A stretch of DNA of 64,000 bases from IMG/VR virus record IMGVR_UViG_3300017963_000016, positions 29,472 through 93,471 of that record, one strand, 5' to 3'. Position numbers and translations under genes: made by a program. Positions 1 to 11,554 of the stretch are shown in pieces. The notes under the pieces are model-generated. The model did no database searches and was not told the origin of the DNA. It saw only the letters and a list, made by a program, of their open reading frames with translations. How positions within the stretch are numbered: the first letter of the stretch is position 1; every line of letters starts with the position of its first letter. Source of the DNA: a virus.

Positions 1-453
1 ATGCTCCATATCTTCTAGCCTCTTCTTTTCTTTCTCCTTTTCAAGATTTCCAGCAAAATTAATATTATCTCCTATTTGATTTGGCTCTTCAGGTATTTTA
101 AGTTTATTATCTTCATAATGATAATCTAGCTCACTAAAATCAAGAAAGCCTAAATTTATCATTAGATCGAAAAACCTAAAAAATTCACTATAACTAGTAA
201 ATAATCTTAATCTTGAATCTTTTTTTATAAATGGGTCGATTTGATTAAATAGATTTCGATCTTCATTAAAGCTTAGAGGAGAAAATCCTAATTCAATATC
301 AGTCAATTTTTCTAATTTGCTTTTCAAGAGTTTGAGAAAAATCTTTAATGTTTTATTAGAAATTACTCCCATGTTTACCTGTAATTTATTAGCCTTTTTC
401 TGAATCGCTTTTTTACTTTCTGTTATTATTGATAATGTAGTCATACTTATCAT
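1..453 (-). CDS. Hypothetical protein, truncated by window start
   Basis: Open frame from ATG at 453 or 444 (MTTLSIITESKKAIQKK...) with GGAGG at 455-459; runs off the window without a stop; not in the ORF track. Confidence 0.65.
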   Translation of the reverse strand, partial: MISMTTLSIITESKKAIQKKANKLQVNMGVISNKTLKIFLKLLKSKLEKLTDIELGFSPLSFNEDRNLFNQIDPFIKKDSRLRLFTSYSEFFRFFDLMINLGFLDFSELDYHYEDNKLKIPEEPNQIGDNINFAGNLEKEKEKKRLEDMEH

Positions 454-520
454 TCCTCCATATTTTTTTATATTGTTTTGTTTTTTTTCTGTTTTTTTCT
501 ATTTTTAGTAGATTTGGATA

Positions 521-2740
521 TTAAAACCATTCTGTTATTTTTTTCTGAATATATTTCTTATTATCTCCTGTTCTCTTAGATAATAATTCATAAAACTTAT
601 TAAAAGTTCTATAATTGCTAGGTCTCCAGATTTTAAAGTTAAAACATTTCTTAAATAAAATCAACTGTTGATAACTCATCTTTTTATGATGTTGGCCATT
701 GATAAAATCATAAGCCATTTCTTTTGAAAAATGTTGCTTTATAAATTTAAATCTCTCTCTAAAACCTGGAAAATCTTTAAGATAGTTAATTGTTATCTCT
801 CTAAGATATATCATTGTAATTAATCTCATTGATTGAATACTCATTCTAATAAAAATGTTTAATTCTTTCAATTTTAATATAATATTCTCTATACGTTGTA
901 ATTTAGTGTTTTTACCAATACCTCTTAAATATCTATCAATAACCTCATGATCTTTAGTTTTGAATATTAAATCTTCATTATCTTGAAGTTTATAGACTAT
1001 CTGTTGGCTTATTCTCTGGATTTCATGATCAATATCTTGATAATAAGTGCCTTTAGGAGCCAATTCAATATTTTTTCTTTTAAATATTTTTTTCAATAAG
1101 AGTAATCTTTTAACTGTAAGATTTGAAATATTTGGCTTAATATCCTGGAGAAATAATTTAAATGTATTTTTATTTAATCCTTTCAAGATCATATCTACAT
1201 TATCTTTGAAATCTTTTGTTGTTAAATCTGTTTGATTATTCAAACAACTCATTAGTTTTAGAGGCAACTCTACATTACTAGTAAAGTTTGCTCTAAACTC
1301 TTTTATTTTAGGTTTTATTCTTTCCATTAGGTATTTATAATCTTGAAATGAGAAATTGAATTTAGTTAAAATCTTCAATGAGCCAATAGTCTTCATTGAT
1401 TTATGCTCTATGAGTTTAATTAATTTATCCATTAAAGGAATATTTGAAATTCCTCCTTTGGTTTTTTTATTATACTCCATTATAAGAGCCTCCATATATT
1501 TAGAGATAAAATATTCTGTATAAGGTCGATCTTCCCATTTTATTTTTTTAGATAAGAATTTAATAAAAATATAACTTAGAGGAAGATAAGAGATTTTAGT
1601 CATAATATAATCTTCCTGATCTATAAACTCCTTATCATTAAGAAAATCGTAAATGAAAGCCTCTAAATTTTTTTGCTTTTGAGTTGAGATTGTTTTTTTA
1701 GGCTCCTTAAATAATACATTTGTTTTATATCCAATTGTTTTTGATAATAATATATCATAAATTTTGAAAAGATCGTTTTGATGTAATTCCTCTAAAATTA
1801 TATCTTGGAGAATTGCTTTAAATTCTATTAAATCGAAAATCCATAGATAACCTTGAGTTATTAGGTAGCTCTGAGTAGAGAGAGTTGTTATACCTTCCAA
1901 GAATCCCTGCTTATCCTCAATAATCCTTTTAGCTATTTCCTCCTTAAATACTTTAATAGCCTTAGGCTCTCCTACATCTACTAATTTCTTTAGTAGAGGA
2001 AATGCTAAGTTCCTCCTTAAAAGCCTGGTATCAAAATCATGCTCATACCAGGCCTGGAGATTACTACAATGCCCCCAAAATTCAGTTGTTTTATCTAATT
2101 GTTTTTCCATTTTTATATGTAAATCAAATTGTTTATTATTTCCCTCATGTTTGCCAACATAAGCCTCAGCCATTTCATCAATAGAATTTAAGATTCTGTT
2201 GTTAGGAATTGTTTTTTTTGGATTCACAAATAATAGATATTTACATTGATTAAATAATTGATAAGCTCCTCCCTTATTCTTTATATATATATTGGTTTGG
2301 TTATCTTGGAGCCTTAGCTGAATAAATTTACCAATTTGAAATATAAGTTTTTCTTTTGGATTATCCCATTCAAAGTATATAAATCTATCATCTTTTGAGG
2401 GATGAGATTTATAATAATTAATAAATTTAATATAGCTTTCAAAACCCTGCTTTATGGCTAAATTATCCCATGTGTCAAAAGTGTTTGGGGAGACTGTTCT
2501 AATAGCCTCTGCTGTTGTTCTTGGCATATCCGTTAATCTGAAGTGTCGTTTTCCTGTAATTGATACATCAAATATAAACTCCCTACTTTTATCTTTATTT
2601 ACAATCCAGATATGAGCTATATCTCCAATTCCTAATTTATTACGATAATCATTCTTTCCTACAGCTCTAATACTATTTTTTAGCTCCCCTGAAATTAATT
2701 TTGGCTTTAACCAACTCATAAAAGATAATACCTGATTCAT
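521..2740 (-). CDS. ASCH/PUA-like domain fused to Lokiarchaeia-type 'EFWGHCSNLQAW' domain and helical tail
   Basis: N-term LSF...ISGELKNSIR...GD...A.KQGF (ASCH-like); middle FQIGKFIQLRL...CKYLL...SIDE...EFWGHCSNLQAWYEHDFDTRLLRRNLAFPLLKKL. Confidence 0.7.
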   Translation of the reverse strand: MNQVLSFMSWLKPKLISGELKNSIRAVGKNDYRNKLGIGDIAHIWIVNKDKSREFIFDVSITGKRHFRLTDMPRTTAEAIRTVSPNTFDTWDNLAIKQGFESYIKFINYYKSHPSKDDRFIYFEWDNPKEKLIFQIGKFIQLRLQDNQTNIYIKNKGGAYQLFNQCKYLLFVNPKKTIPNNRILNSIDEMAEAYVGKHEGNNKQFDLHIKMEKQLDKTTEFWGHCSNLQAWYEHDFDTRLLRRNLAFPLLKKLVDVGEPKAIKVFKEEIAKRIIEDKQGFLEGITTLSTQSYLITQGYLWIFDLIEFKAILQDIILEELHQNDLFKIYDILLSKTIGYKTNVLFKEPKKTISTQKQKNLEAFIYDFLNDKEFIDQEDYIMTKISYLPLSYIFIKFLSKKIKWEDRPYTEYFISKYMEALIMEYNKKTKGGISNIPLMDKLIKLIEHKSMKTIGSLKILTKFNFSFQDYKYLMERIKPKIKEFRANFTSNVELPLKLMSCLNNQTDLTTKDFKDNVDMILKGLNKNTFKLFLQDIKPNISNLTVKRLLLLKKIFKRKNIELAPKGTYYQDIDHEIQRISQQIVYKLQDNEDLIFKTKDHEVIDRYLRGIGKNTKLQRIENIILKLKELNIFIRMSIQSMRLITMIYLREITINYLKDFPGFRERFKFIKQHFSKEMAYDFINGQHHKKMSYQQLILFKKCFNFKIWRPSNYRTFNKFYELLSKRTGDNKKYIQKKITEWF

Positions 2741-3035
2741 AATCCTCTCCTTAATTTTTTTCTTTTAATAAATGAATTAGCATTATTCATAGCATTTAAA
2801 ATTCCCTTAGCTCCTCCAACTTTTAAAGTTGTTAGTAGTAATACCTTAGAGGCATTGATATAATCTTGATTATTTAGGAATTTGCTAAATAGCTTATTCA
2901 TTTTCTTTATTATTGGTAATCTTCTAGGTTTTTTAGGTATTACATACATTTAATCAATCTCCTTAAATTATATTCCTTTTTTTATCTTTGATTTCTCTTT
3001 TCTTATCTTTCTCTTCTAGTTTATTAATCCTTTTT

Positions 3036-3482
3036 TTAAGCTCCTCCATTAAACCCAACTCCACTATATATAATATTCCTCCTTATAAAATAATCTTGAA
3101 TAATTGGTATTATAGGCTTTATTTTTTGATTAAGCCTCATCCTCCAATTGTTTTTAATTAATAATTTTATTGTAAATCTATTTACCTCAGATAACCTATT
3201 ATCTTTAATCTCTTTTTTAAGTTTAGCTCCTGTTTCTTTTTCTGTATAGTCTATCATGCCATTCTCCAGGAGAATATAATTATCTCTTAATAAGAATGTA
3301 AATCCTGGAATAGAGGCTTGAATGATATAGCTTTCTTCAGTTAGTTTATTCATTGGTTTAATCTTATCTTTTAGATATGCTATAATATCTAATATAGGAG
3401 AGAAGTTTAAATGTTTAGAATCTAAGTATTCCAAGATTCTAAAATTCTTTAATGTAAGTAAATAATTTTTGTAATTAGTCAT
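3036..3482 (-). CDS. Winged-helix-like protein with long wing, paralog of 12268..12684
   Basis: Shared FLL..YILL.NG.I.Y...VN.FT.KL..KNNW motif. Confidence 0.55.
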   Translation of the reverse strand: MTNYKNYLLTLKNFRILEYLDSKHLNFSPILDIIAYLKDKIKPMNKLTEESYIIQASIPGFTFLLRDNYILLENGMIDYTEKETGAKLKKEIKDNRLSEVNRFTIKLLIKNNWRMRLNQKIKPIIPIIQDYFIRRNIIYSGVGFNGGA

Positions 3483-3753
3483 TATTAAATTGCTCCCTAA
3501 GTAGATTGATTAGTTTGTTCCTCTCCTTAATAACATTCTCTTTTGATATTTCTTGATCTTCAGCTTTTTTCTTTTCAGCCTCATAATCCTTATCTTCATA
3601 AAAATAATCTGGATTAGGTTTATATCCCATTATCATAATCCTCCTTATAGCTTTTCTTTTTTCTCCTTAATTTCCAATGCTTTTCACACATTAACTTATC
3701 TTTATATCTTTTTTCATTACAGCCTTTTATTATACATTTGTTTTGATTATTCA

Positions 3754-4488
3754 TTATAATCCCTCTTGAAATTGAGTTAAATCTTTAAATTTTGGTTTAC
3801 TTATTTCAATATTAAAAATATCATTCATATTCTTAATGAAAATTGGTTTGCCTCCATAACTAGGATGTTTAATATAAGTTATTTCAATATCAGGAATTTC
3901 ATTATTATCTTTCATTTCTGTTAAGCAATTAAAAGCAACTCTTCCTATACCATGAGCCTGAGTAAATTCAAATACTTCAAATAATTTCTGAATATATTTT
4001 TTTCCCTCTCTGATTTCTTTCTCATTTGGCTTTCTATTTGAATTAGGTAATAAATCGTGAGGATGAAAATTAAATGTATTGAACATTACACATTTCCAAA
4101 ATATCTCAGGGTTTTTTTCAAACCAAGAATAGACTATGGTAGCTGATCTCTCTTTTATTATTTTGCTCCTGGAAAGACTATATTCTGATCTATTCTTAGC
4201 AAATACTTTATGATGTTTTAGGATATAAGTGCTGGTAAATGGTATTCCTGAGTGTTTTAGGCCTGAATATCCTCCTGCTTCTCCTAATAATAAAATGGAG
4301 GCCTCATTATATAAGAGTTTTTTTAGATAGATATTTAGATTTTTATATTGAGGAGTTTTTATAATTAATCTTCCTGATCTATAAGGATTAAAAACAGTTT
4401 GAGTAGATTTTCTTAATGCTAGTGAAGTTAATAACTCATCTAATTCCCTTTCGATTACATCTCTTCTAATCCAATTCAATATACTCAC
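3754..4488 (-). CDS. Uracil-DNA glycosylase superfamily protein
   Basis: LLGEAGGYSG..HSGIPFTS, ERSATIV, FNFHPH...NRKP, GIGRVA, IKHPSYGG motifs. Confidence 0.85.
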   Translation of the reverse strand: MSILNWIRRDVIERELDELLTSLALRKSTQTVFNPYRSGRLIIKTPQYKNLNIYLKKLLYNEASILLLGEAGGYSGLKHSGIPFTSTYILKHHKVFAKNRSEYSLSRSKIIKERSATIVYSWFEKNPEIFWKCVMFNTFNFHPHDLLPNSNRKPNEKEIREGKKYIQKLFEVFEFTQAHGIGRVAFNCLTEMKDNNEIPDIEITYIKHPSYGGKPIFIKNMNDIFNIEISKPKFKDLTQFQEGL

Positions 4489-4706
4489 TTTCCTTTATTC
4501 TTTTCTTGTATTCTTTCTTACTTTCTTCCCATTTAGTCATATCATATAGAAAAGGATTCTTAAAGCATGGCTCTCCATGTCTTGCACATCCTCCTAATCC
4601 ATTATTTTTAACATTACTGAACATAGGACAATCAAGACAATCATACTTAAATCTAGGCTCCCATTCATATAAGAGCTTAAATGTTCTTATTTTTGGTAAT
4701 ATAGGC

Positions 4707-5303
4707 TTAATCAAACTCAACATTCTCTCCCTTATCAATTAATTTCTTTAAGCAATCACAACAAACTATTTTTCCAAATTTAATATTAAATAGCTGAAAT
4801 TTATCATTTGTTTTTTTTCTAATAGTATACAATAAATACACATAGAAAATATCTATAAGATTTTCTTTACATTGATTACAGTTGTTATTATAATACCAAT
4901 ATTTTATAAAATCTTTCTCTTGGATATTACATTGAAATTTGAAAAAACAATTAAAACATTGGCTATTAATATTTGGATTAAATAAATGATAGTTTAATTC
5001 AGAGAGTGGAGAGAAAGATTGGGAATAAAGTAGCTTATCATTAATTTCTCTCCAGGAGTATTCTATTTTTTTATTTAATTTCTTGTCATATTCATAGATT
5101 CTCTTAAATTCAGGATTATCAAATGAGAAATAATTTTTACAGATAAATTGGATATGGTTTAGAGGAAATATAAATTGTATCTCAGGAGTTATAAAAGTTC
5201 CTTTTAGGAATTTATTTAGATTTGATTCTATTCTTTCTAGGCTTTCCTTTTGATGTTTATAAAAGAACTGAGCCATTTCCTTTATTATCTCAATCTTAGC
5301 CAT
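4707..5303 (-). CDS. Cys-rich protein with CxxC...CCxC mini-domain
   Basis: CNQC ... IVCCDCL. Confidence 0.5.
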   Translation of the reverse strand: MAKIEIIKEMAQFFYKHQKESLERIESNLNKFLKGTFITPEIQFIFPLNHIQFICKNYFSFDNPEFKRIYEYDKKLNKKIEYSWREINDKLLYSQSFSPLSELNYHLFNPNINSQCFNCFFKFQCNIQEKDFIKYWYYNNNCNQCKENLIDIFYVYLLYTIRKKTNDKFQLFNIKFGKIVCCDCLKKLIDKGENVEFD

Positions 5304-5716
5304 TTTTATTTCCTCTTGGATAATCTTTTTGAGTTATTTCTGAAAAATCATTTAATTTTTCTGGTTTTGGAGATAACCATTTTCCTCCAATATTTACCAA
5401 ACAATAATCTTTCTTTTCTTCTATCTCAGAGTCTAAGGATAATGTTAGCTCAGCCTCCTCTCTTATTTCCTCTAGGGCCTTTTCAATTTTTTTGAAAGAT
5501 TTAAATAATTCTTTTCTTTCTGTTTTATCAAATTCTAATCTCTTTTCTAGAGATTCATGATAATCTTTTATTACATTATTCAATTCCTCTGGAGTTATAT
5601 CAAGAGATTGAGCAATTTGATTATGGCTTTCTTTTGATTTACTAATGAAATCGAATATATTTTCATATACTAATTCTGGTTTTTTCTTTTTCTCTTTTTT
5701 TGGTCTCCCTCTTTTC

Positions 5717-6688
5717 TTAGCCATTTTTATATTTCCTCCTTATATTATTTATTCGATCTTCTTTCTGCTGTTTCTCCCTCTTGATTCTCTCAATTTTCTG
5801 AGATAACTTTTCATTCCAAAATTTTACTTTATAACATCTAATTCCAAATAATAATTGAGATTTTGGAAATTTGAAAAAAATAGCAGGATCGGTTTTTTGA
5901 GTATAGAGAGTTATTTTAATTTTATCATAATCTTCATTGAATAGATTTACTATATTAGTCAAATGAGGATATAGATCATTTTTCATTAAACAATATCTAA
6001 AAGTATTATCTTTTCTATTATATTCATAAATAGTTATACCCTTAAGCTCTCTATAATAGCTCATTACTTCAGGTAATGTTTCTTCTTTTAATTTTTTAAA
6101 TTCGGTCCAGGAGAATTTTTTTTTAAAAATTAAATCACGAGCTTTATTTTTTTTAAAAGTGAAAATTATAGTTCCTGAGGAGTTTCTTAATAAGTTTGGC
6201 TCTTGGAAATAATATAGCTCAGGATTATTATTATAAAAAGGTCTTTTCTTATTATATTCTTTAGGATAATTCAGAAATAGACTTATTACAGGATTATTAA
6301 CAAATTTACAGAGCTTTTTAGAATTTCTAATACCTAATTGATTTCCCAATCTTAATAAAAACCCATCTTCATTTTCTAAAAGCCAATTAAAAGGCTCTTG
6401 AACTCTCTCCTGGAAATATTTTATTAAAACAAATAAAGCATTAAATCTTACTATGAAATTTGAATCAGAAATTAATAAATTTTCAAAAAGACTAAATAAG
6501 GATTTATCAATCTTGAAATCATTAGTAATAAATTCTTTTATACAAAACTCCCTAGCTTGAGAATATTGATATATCTCAGCCTCTTCTATGAAATAAGCTA
6601 GAGCCTCCTGATATTGATTTTGATCTAAGGCTCCTGATAAAAATCTTTCCTTAGTATTTTCAAATTTTTTAATAGGATTATGTATCAT
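5717..6688 (-). CDS. Protein with N-terminal HEAT-like helical domain of Lokiarchaeia type
   Basis: FSLFENLLISDSNFIVRFNA...EPFNWLLENE resembles N-termini of Loki LRR proteins (from recall). Confidence 0.5.
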   Translation of the reverse strand: MIHNPIKKFENTKERFLSGALDQNQYQEALAYFIEEAEIYQYSQAREFCIKEFITNDFKIDKSLFSLFENLLISDSNFIVRFNALFVLIKYFQERVQEPFNWLLENEDGFLLRLGNQLGIRNSKKLCKFVNNPVISLFLNYPKEYNKKRPFYNNNPELYYFQEPNLLRNSSGTIIFTFKKNKARDLIFKKKFSWTEFKKLKEETLPEVMSYYRELKGITIYEYNRKDNTFRYCLMKNDLYPHLTNIVNLFNEDYDKIKITLYTQKTDPAIFFKFPKSQLLFGIRCYKVKFWNEKLSQKIERIKREKQQKEDRINNIRRKYKNG

Positions 6689-8015
6689 TATTATTATTCC
6701 TCAGCTTTTCAAATTTCTTTTTAATGAATAAAAATCTACAATATTTTTCAATTATATTTTCTAATTTATCTGTTAATTCCCATTGGCTCCATTCCAAACA
6801 ATCTCCTCCATATTTATAGGCTCCACACTTTTTATCCTCATATTTATTACAGTTATGACAAATTATAGGAATTGTAAATTCATCAGGGAATCTAATTAAA
6901 GTAAATTCTCTAATATTATCCTCTATTCTAAAACAATTGCTTATAAGAAAATCTATATCTCTTAATTCAAAATCTAAATTGTTCATTTAATTTTCCTCAG
7001 TAATTTTCTACTAAATATATAATTTACAATCTCATCTATAATATTTACTCCTGGATTCATTATTTCTAGTTTGGTTATCATTTGTTTTAGTCTATATGTA
7101 AAATCGGTTTGCCTTTTATAGTAAGGTAATATATAGAAAAGCTCAGGATTAAGATTATATGTTGCTTTAATCTTAGAATTATATTTTGGCTTTTTTCCAG
7201 GAACTACATTACTCTCTAAGCTCCAATTATTTTTAGTAAGATAATCCAAAAAATCTTGATAAAAAAAATCCCCTGAGAAAAATATACATCTAAAACATTT
7301 TCTTGATTTTATTTTAGCTTTTTTGCCTGAATATAATCTAATAATTGAAAATCTTTTTTTATAGTAAACCCATAATTCTTTACATTCATAACAGTAATAT
7401 ATTTTCATTTTAATAGCTCCAATCAAATTCCTCAATATGTTTTTTTAACTTATCAATTTTCAATTGAAATTTTGACTTTTTTTTAATATCTTTTATTTTG
7501 GTTTTTATATTTGAAATATCTACTTTAATAACGTGAAGTTGAGCGATTATATTTCTAGGAGGAATCATTTTCTTTTCTCTATTGTAATTAAAAGCCTCCT
7601 CCTCATATTCCTCAATCTTTTTATCTATTGTATTAAATAGACTAAGCAAAAAGTTCTTAGATACTTCTATTTCAGTAAACTCATCTATTTGTTTTTTTTT
7701 TGCCATATCTTTAGCCTCTGGATTGTATTCTCTATTTAATATTTTTTAATTTGATTAATTTGATAAATGGTTTACAAAATGATAAGTGTCTAGATATAGA
7801 AGAAAATACATGATATGCATTAAATTGTTTTTTACATAAAGGACAATTATAGTTTTTATGTTTTGGATTATAATCGAAAGGTATTTGTTTACAAATTTCG
7901 ATTTTTAATTTGATTAGCTCAGGAGATTCTTTTATAATAACTCTATCTCTAAAACAATCCTTACAAAAAAATCTATAAAAGATTAATTTATTACAAATCT
8001 TACATTTAGCCATTA

Positions 8016-8528
8016 TTAGTTCACTTCCTCCCATTTATCTGAATGTGATTTTAATCCTTTAAAATTATCTGGTAATTCTCTTGAATGATATTTTCTACCT
8101 ATTTTATTTTTATTCCAATTTCTTTTCAATTGCTTATAATATTTTTTGAAAGTGTATTCTGATTTAACAGGATTTAGCAATTTAACAAAATCCTGCTTAA
8201 CCTCATCATAATAATATAATCCTATACCATTCTCCTGTAATTTCTTAATTTGTTTCTCATTGGGTTTTTTAGGTATTAATATTGAATTATAAGGAGTAAA
8301 AACTCTATTCCCTAAGGCTTGAGCAAAAACAGGCATAAAGCCTTTTATCTTAGCCTCAATTCCTATTAATCTATTTTTCTCTCTAATAACAATATCAATC
8401 TTACTTTTATGGTAAGGAAATCCAGGAGCTAATTCTAATTTATATTCGATTTTATTCTTTTCTAAGGATTTACAAAATTCTTTAATCAATTCAATTTCAT
8501 AATTAAATTCATTTAATTTTTCTGTCAA
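8016..8528 (-). CDS. PD-(D/E)XK nuclease-fold protein
   Basis: E...KIDIVI...IGIEAKIK...QA...GIGL motif. Confidence 0.7.
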   Translation of the reverse strand: MTEKLNEFNYEIELIKEFCKSLEKNKIEYKLELAPGFPYHKSKIDIVIREKNRLIGIEAKIKGFMPVFAQALGNRVFTPYNSILIPKKPNEKQIKKLQENGIGLYYYDEVKQDFVKLLNPVKSEYTFKKYYKQLKRNWNKNKIGRKYHSRELPDNFKGLKSHSDKWEEVN

Positions 8529-8800
8529 TTAAATCTCCTCCTGGTTTGTTTTTTCTTCTAGTTTTGAATTTATTAATTTTATCTTTACAATCATTACATA
8601 AAGGAATATTAGGGTCATCGGTTATTTGTTTATTACATTTCAGGCATAATTTCTTTCTAATCATTTTCTCCTCCTTTAATCTTTCATGGTAAAACCAATA
8701 GCAAAAATCACATATCCATTCATTATTGATCTTAATGAAAGCCTCATCTCCACATGAGCAAAAATCCATTTCCTCCCATTTATTCGATTCAAACTTAACT

Positions 8801-9457
8801 CTATTCATTAAGCTCATTTATTATTAGCCTCCAATAGATTTTATCAGTATTACCAGGAATTTTGAAAATCTTAAGATTTTTATACATTTTATCCAAGAGT
8901 ATATTTAACTCTTTTTTTGAATAAGTGAATTTGAAATCTTTTTTAATATCATGATATATCATTGTTAAACTCATAGGAATTTCATTTATTATAGATTTGG
9001 ATAAAACATGAGTAATAATTGATTGAGCAAAATTGTCTTTGTATAATTCTATTAAATCTATTTGATTAGCAAAACTTTCATAGGAAAGCTTTTCTTTTCT
9101 ATATCTCTTCAAATATTTTATTTCATTTGTTAATTTTCTAATCTTATCTGTTAATTTGCTTAGCTTTTTTTCTAAGCTAAGATTCTTCAGCCTAAATTTT
9201 TTGATTTCCTCAATACTATACTGTTCTTTTAGTTTTTTGTTTATTTTCTTCTTTCTTTCTATGGATATTTTTAATTTATTATTTTCAGTCTTCAATGCTC
9301 TTATCTCTCTCCTTAGTTTCACTACTTCCTCTACATTGTATCTCTCCCTAAGTCTTTTTATCTCATCCTCTCTTCCTTTTAATTTAGCTTTTAGTTCAGA
9401 GATTCTTTTGTATAGTTGGTTATTTTCCTGTATTAAATCTTCAATCTTTAGGCTCAC
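8801..9457 (-). CDS. Coiled-coil protein with C-terminal winged helix
   Basis: Long heptad region followed by SLTMIY...ELNILLDKM...IFK...YW. Confidence 0.45.
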   Translation of the reverse strand: MSLKIEDLIQENNQLYKRISELKAKLKGREDEIKRLRERYNVEEVVKLRREIRALKTENNKLKISIERKKKINKKLKEQYSIEEIKKFRLKNLSLEKKLSKLTDKIRKLTNEIKYLKRYRKEKLSYESFANQIDLIELYKDNFAQSIITHVLSKSIINEIPMSLTMIYHDIKKDFKFTYSKKELNILLDKMYKNLKIFKIPGNTDKIYWRLIINELNE

Positions 9458-9624
9458 TTCTGTTCCTCCTTTCTAATTTCCTCACATGCTGAATCAAAGG
9501 CCTCCATAATCTTAAGAGAATTATTAACAGCATTTTTTCCTTTAACTTTTAACTTCATTCTTCCCTCTGGATTTTCCATATCTACTCTTACTATTTTTTC
9601 TTGATTGGATTGTTTTTTAGCCAT

Positions 9625-10827
9625 TTAGAAAAACCTCTCTAATGTATTTTGATTTGAATCATGTATCATCTTAGGAACTTTAGAAATATCATAATTACAA
9701 ATAAAGTATTCTTGTTTATCCTCTTGATTATTGGCACTAGTACAATATTTCACTTCTTGAGGAATTATATGCCAATTTTTTAGGTCCTTAAATTCCTCCA
9801 GGTAAAATTTACATTCTCCTCCTATTGAAGTATTGAAATGAAATGGAGATTCTTTCATTATATTAATTAAATCGTAGTGATCATCAAGAGTAAATCTGTA
9901 TAATGTGTAATATTCTTCGGTATCTGGATAAGGAGGATCGGCATATACAAATACTTGTTTAGTAAGACCTTTCTTTTGATTAAGAGCTGTAAGGAGACTT
10001 TTATAGACTTTCCTGAAATCATAGCTAGTTAGATTCACATATCTTAATCTTTCAATAGCTTGAGGGTCGATCATTGTATAGAGGCCTCCATCAGCATTAG
10101 ATATAGGCCTGGTTGTTTTTGGATTAGTTCCTCTAAAGCTAGGGAATATTCTACTTATATTCTTATAATATTCAATAGATTCTTTTGTTTGATATTCTTT
10201 CATAACTGTTGGGAGAGTTGCTCCTCTATAATTCATATTAACTTCAATAGCAGGTTTAATACAATATTCTAAGGCTTGATTTCTCAATTGTTTATTTAAA
10301 TTTTTAATCATTTTAATTGTCTTTTTAATCTCAGGCTGTAAATCTATATTAAATTTAAAAAGCTCTCTCAATTGTCTTATATTCCATTTATATAAATTAA
10401 CTAAATCAAGATTGAAATAACCTAGAGCAATTTGTTTTATTAAATCATAATCATAACTCCCTGAGCCTCCAAAACCAATTCTATTCGAATAGAAAAAAAA
10501 GAAAGCCTGTTCAATTTTATTATGAGGTATAATCTTACCTTTTTTCATATCATTGAAAATCTTTTGAGAAATCAATCCTAATACTCCCTCTTTTAATGAA
10601 TCAAACTCTTGAGGGAAGTCTCTTATTACTTCAAAATAATTAATATAATTTGAATCTAAATCATTAAAACATTCATACTTATATGCTTTCTTTTTATTTA
10701 GCTCATAAACACATGATCCGCAAAAAAGACTAATGAAATAATCGTGAAAAGGAGTATGATTAACTAATTCCTTTCTTAGCCTGTATTTTCCTCCTACCTG
10801 GTTTATTCCTGGATTGATGTATCCCAT
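9625..10827 (-). CDS. DNA adenine methyltransferase, Dam/D12 class, with large insertion
   Basis: GGKYRL, LFCGS, FNDLD, YADPPY motifs. Confidence 0.85.
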   Translation of the reverse strand: MGYINPGINQVGGKYRLRKELVNHTPFHDYFISLFCGSCVYELNKKKAYKYECFNDLDSNYINYFEVIRDFPQEFDSLKEGVLGLISQKIFNDMKKGKIIPHNKIEQAFFFFYSNRIGFGGSGSYDYDLIKQIALGYFNLDLVNLYKWNIRQLRELFKFNIDLQPEIKKTIKMIKNLNKQLRNQALEYCIKPAIEVNMNYRGATLPTVMKEYQTKESIEYYKNISRIFPSFRGTNPKTTRPISNADGGLYTMIDPQAIERLRYVNLTSYDFRKVYKSLLTALNQKKGLTKQVFVYADPPYPDTEEYYTLYRFTLDDHYDLINIMKESPFHFNTSIGGECKFYLEEFKDLKNWHIIPQEVKYCTSANNQEDKQEYFICNYDISKVPKMIHDSNQNTLERFF

Positions 10828-10844
10828 TTCTTTCTTTTCCTCAT

Positions 10845-11132
10845 TTATTTTAAGTTTTTTATTTTATAATATGTAGTTTTTTTATTTCCAGAATAATTTA
10901 ATTTTCTCATAGCCTTAAGTAATCCTGCTTTATGGAATTGTCTTATGTAAACATAAACCTTTCCAAAAAGAGTTTTATTGAATTTATTAAATATTGAATA
11001 ATAAATATCTCCCATAGTAAATTCCCGATCTTGAAAATTATCGAATATCTCTTTTCTTATCCTTTCTTTCTCAGCCTTTCTATCTTTTTTATAGCCTCTC
11101 CACATCTTACCCCAATCAACTACTTTAGGCAT
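10845..11132 (-). CDS. Small winged-helix protein
   Basis: FTMGDIY...VYVYIRQFHKAGLLK...YYKI. Confidence 0.45.
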   Translation of the reverse strand: MPKVVDWGKMWRGYKKDRKAEKERIRKEIFDNFQDREFTMGDIYYSIFNKFNKTLFGKVYVYIRQFHKAGLLKAMRKLNYSGNKKTTYYKIKNLK

Positions 11133-11554
11133 AGTTATTACTCCTCCTCTTTTATTGTTTTTTTGTAAACCTGGTTATCAAAAACATCCTTTATCTCATA
11201 AGAAGTAAATATATTCATTGAATATCTTAAGATAATTGTATTAGTCTCTTTAGAGGATTGAGGATGTTGTTTTATCCCTGTAATTGAATCTCATCTCCAA
11301 TAATTTTTAGATAATTATAATAATATGGGTCTAGAACCTGAAATTTTGGATAATATATACCATTATAAAATTTATAAAATTTAGGATTAAGTTCTATTCG
11401 GTTATTTTCAATTCCCGGATTATTCCAGATTGATAAAATAAAAACCCTGTAAAAAACTCTAAGAGATAATTTAGCTTTTCTTTTAGTTTGAGTTTTTATG
11501 ATTGTATAAATTAACTTAAATGATAATTTGAATGATCTATTAATAAATTGTATT

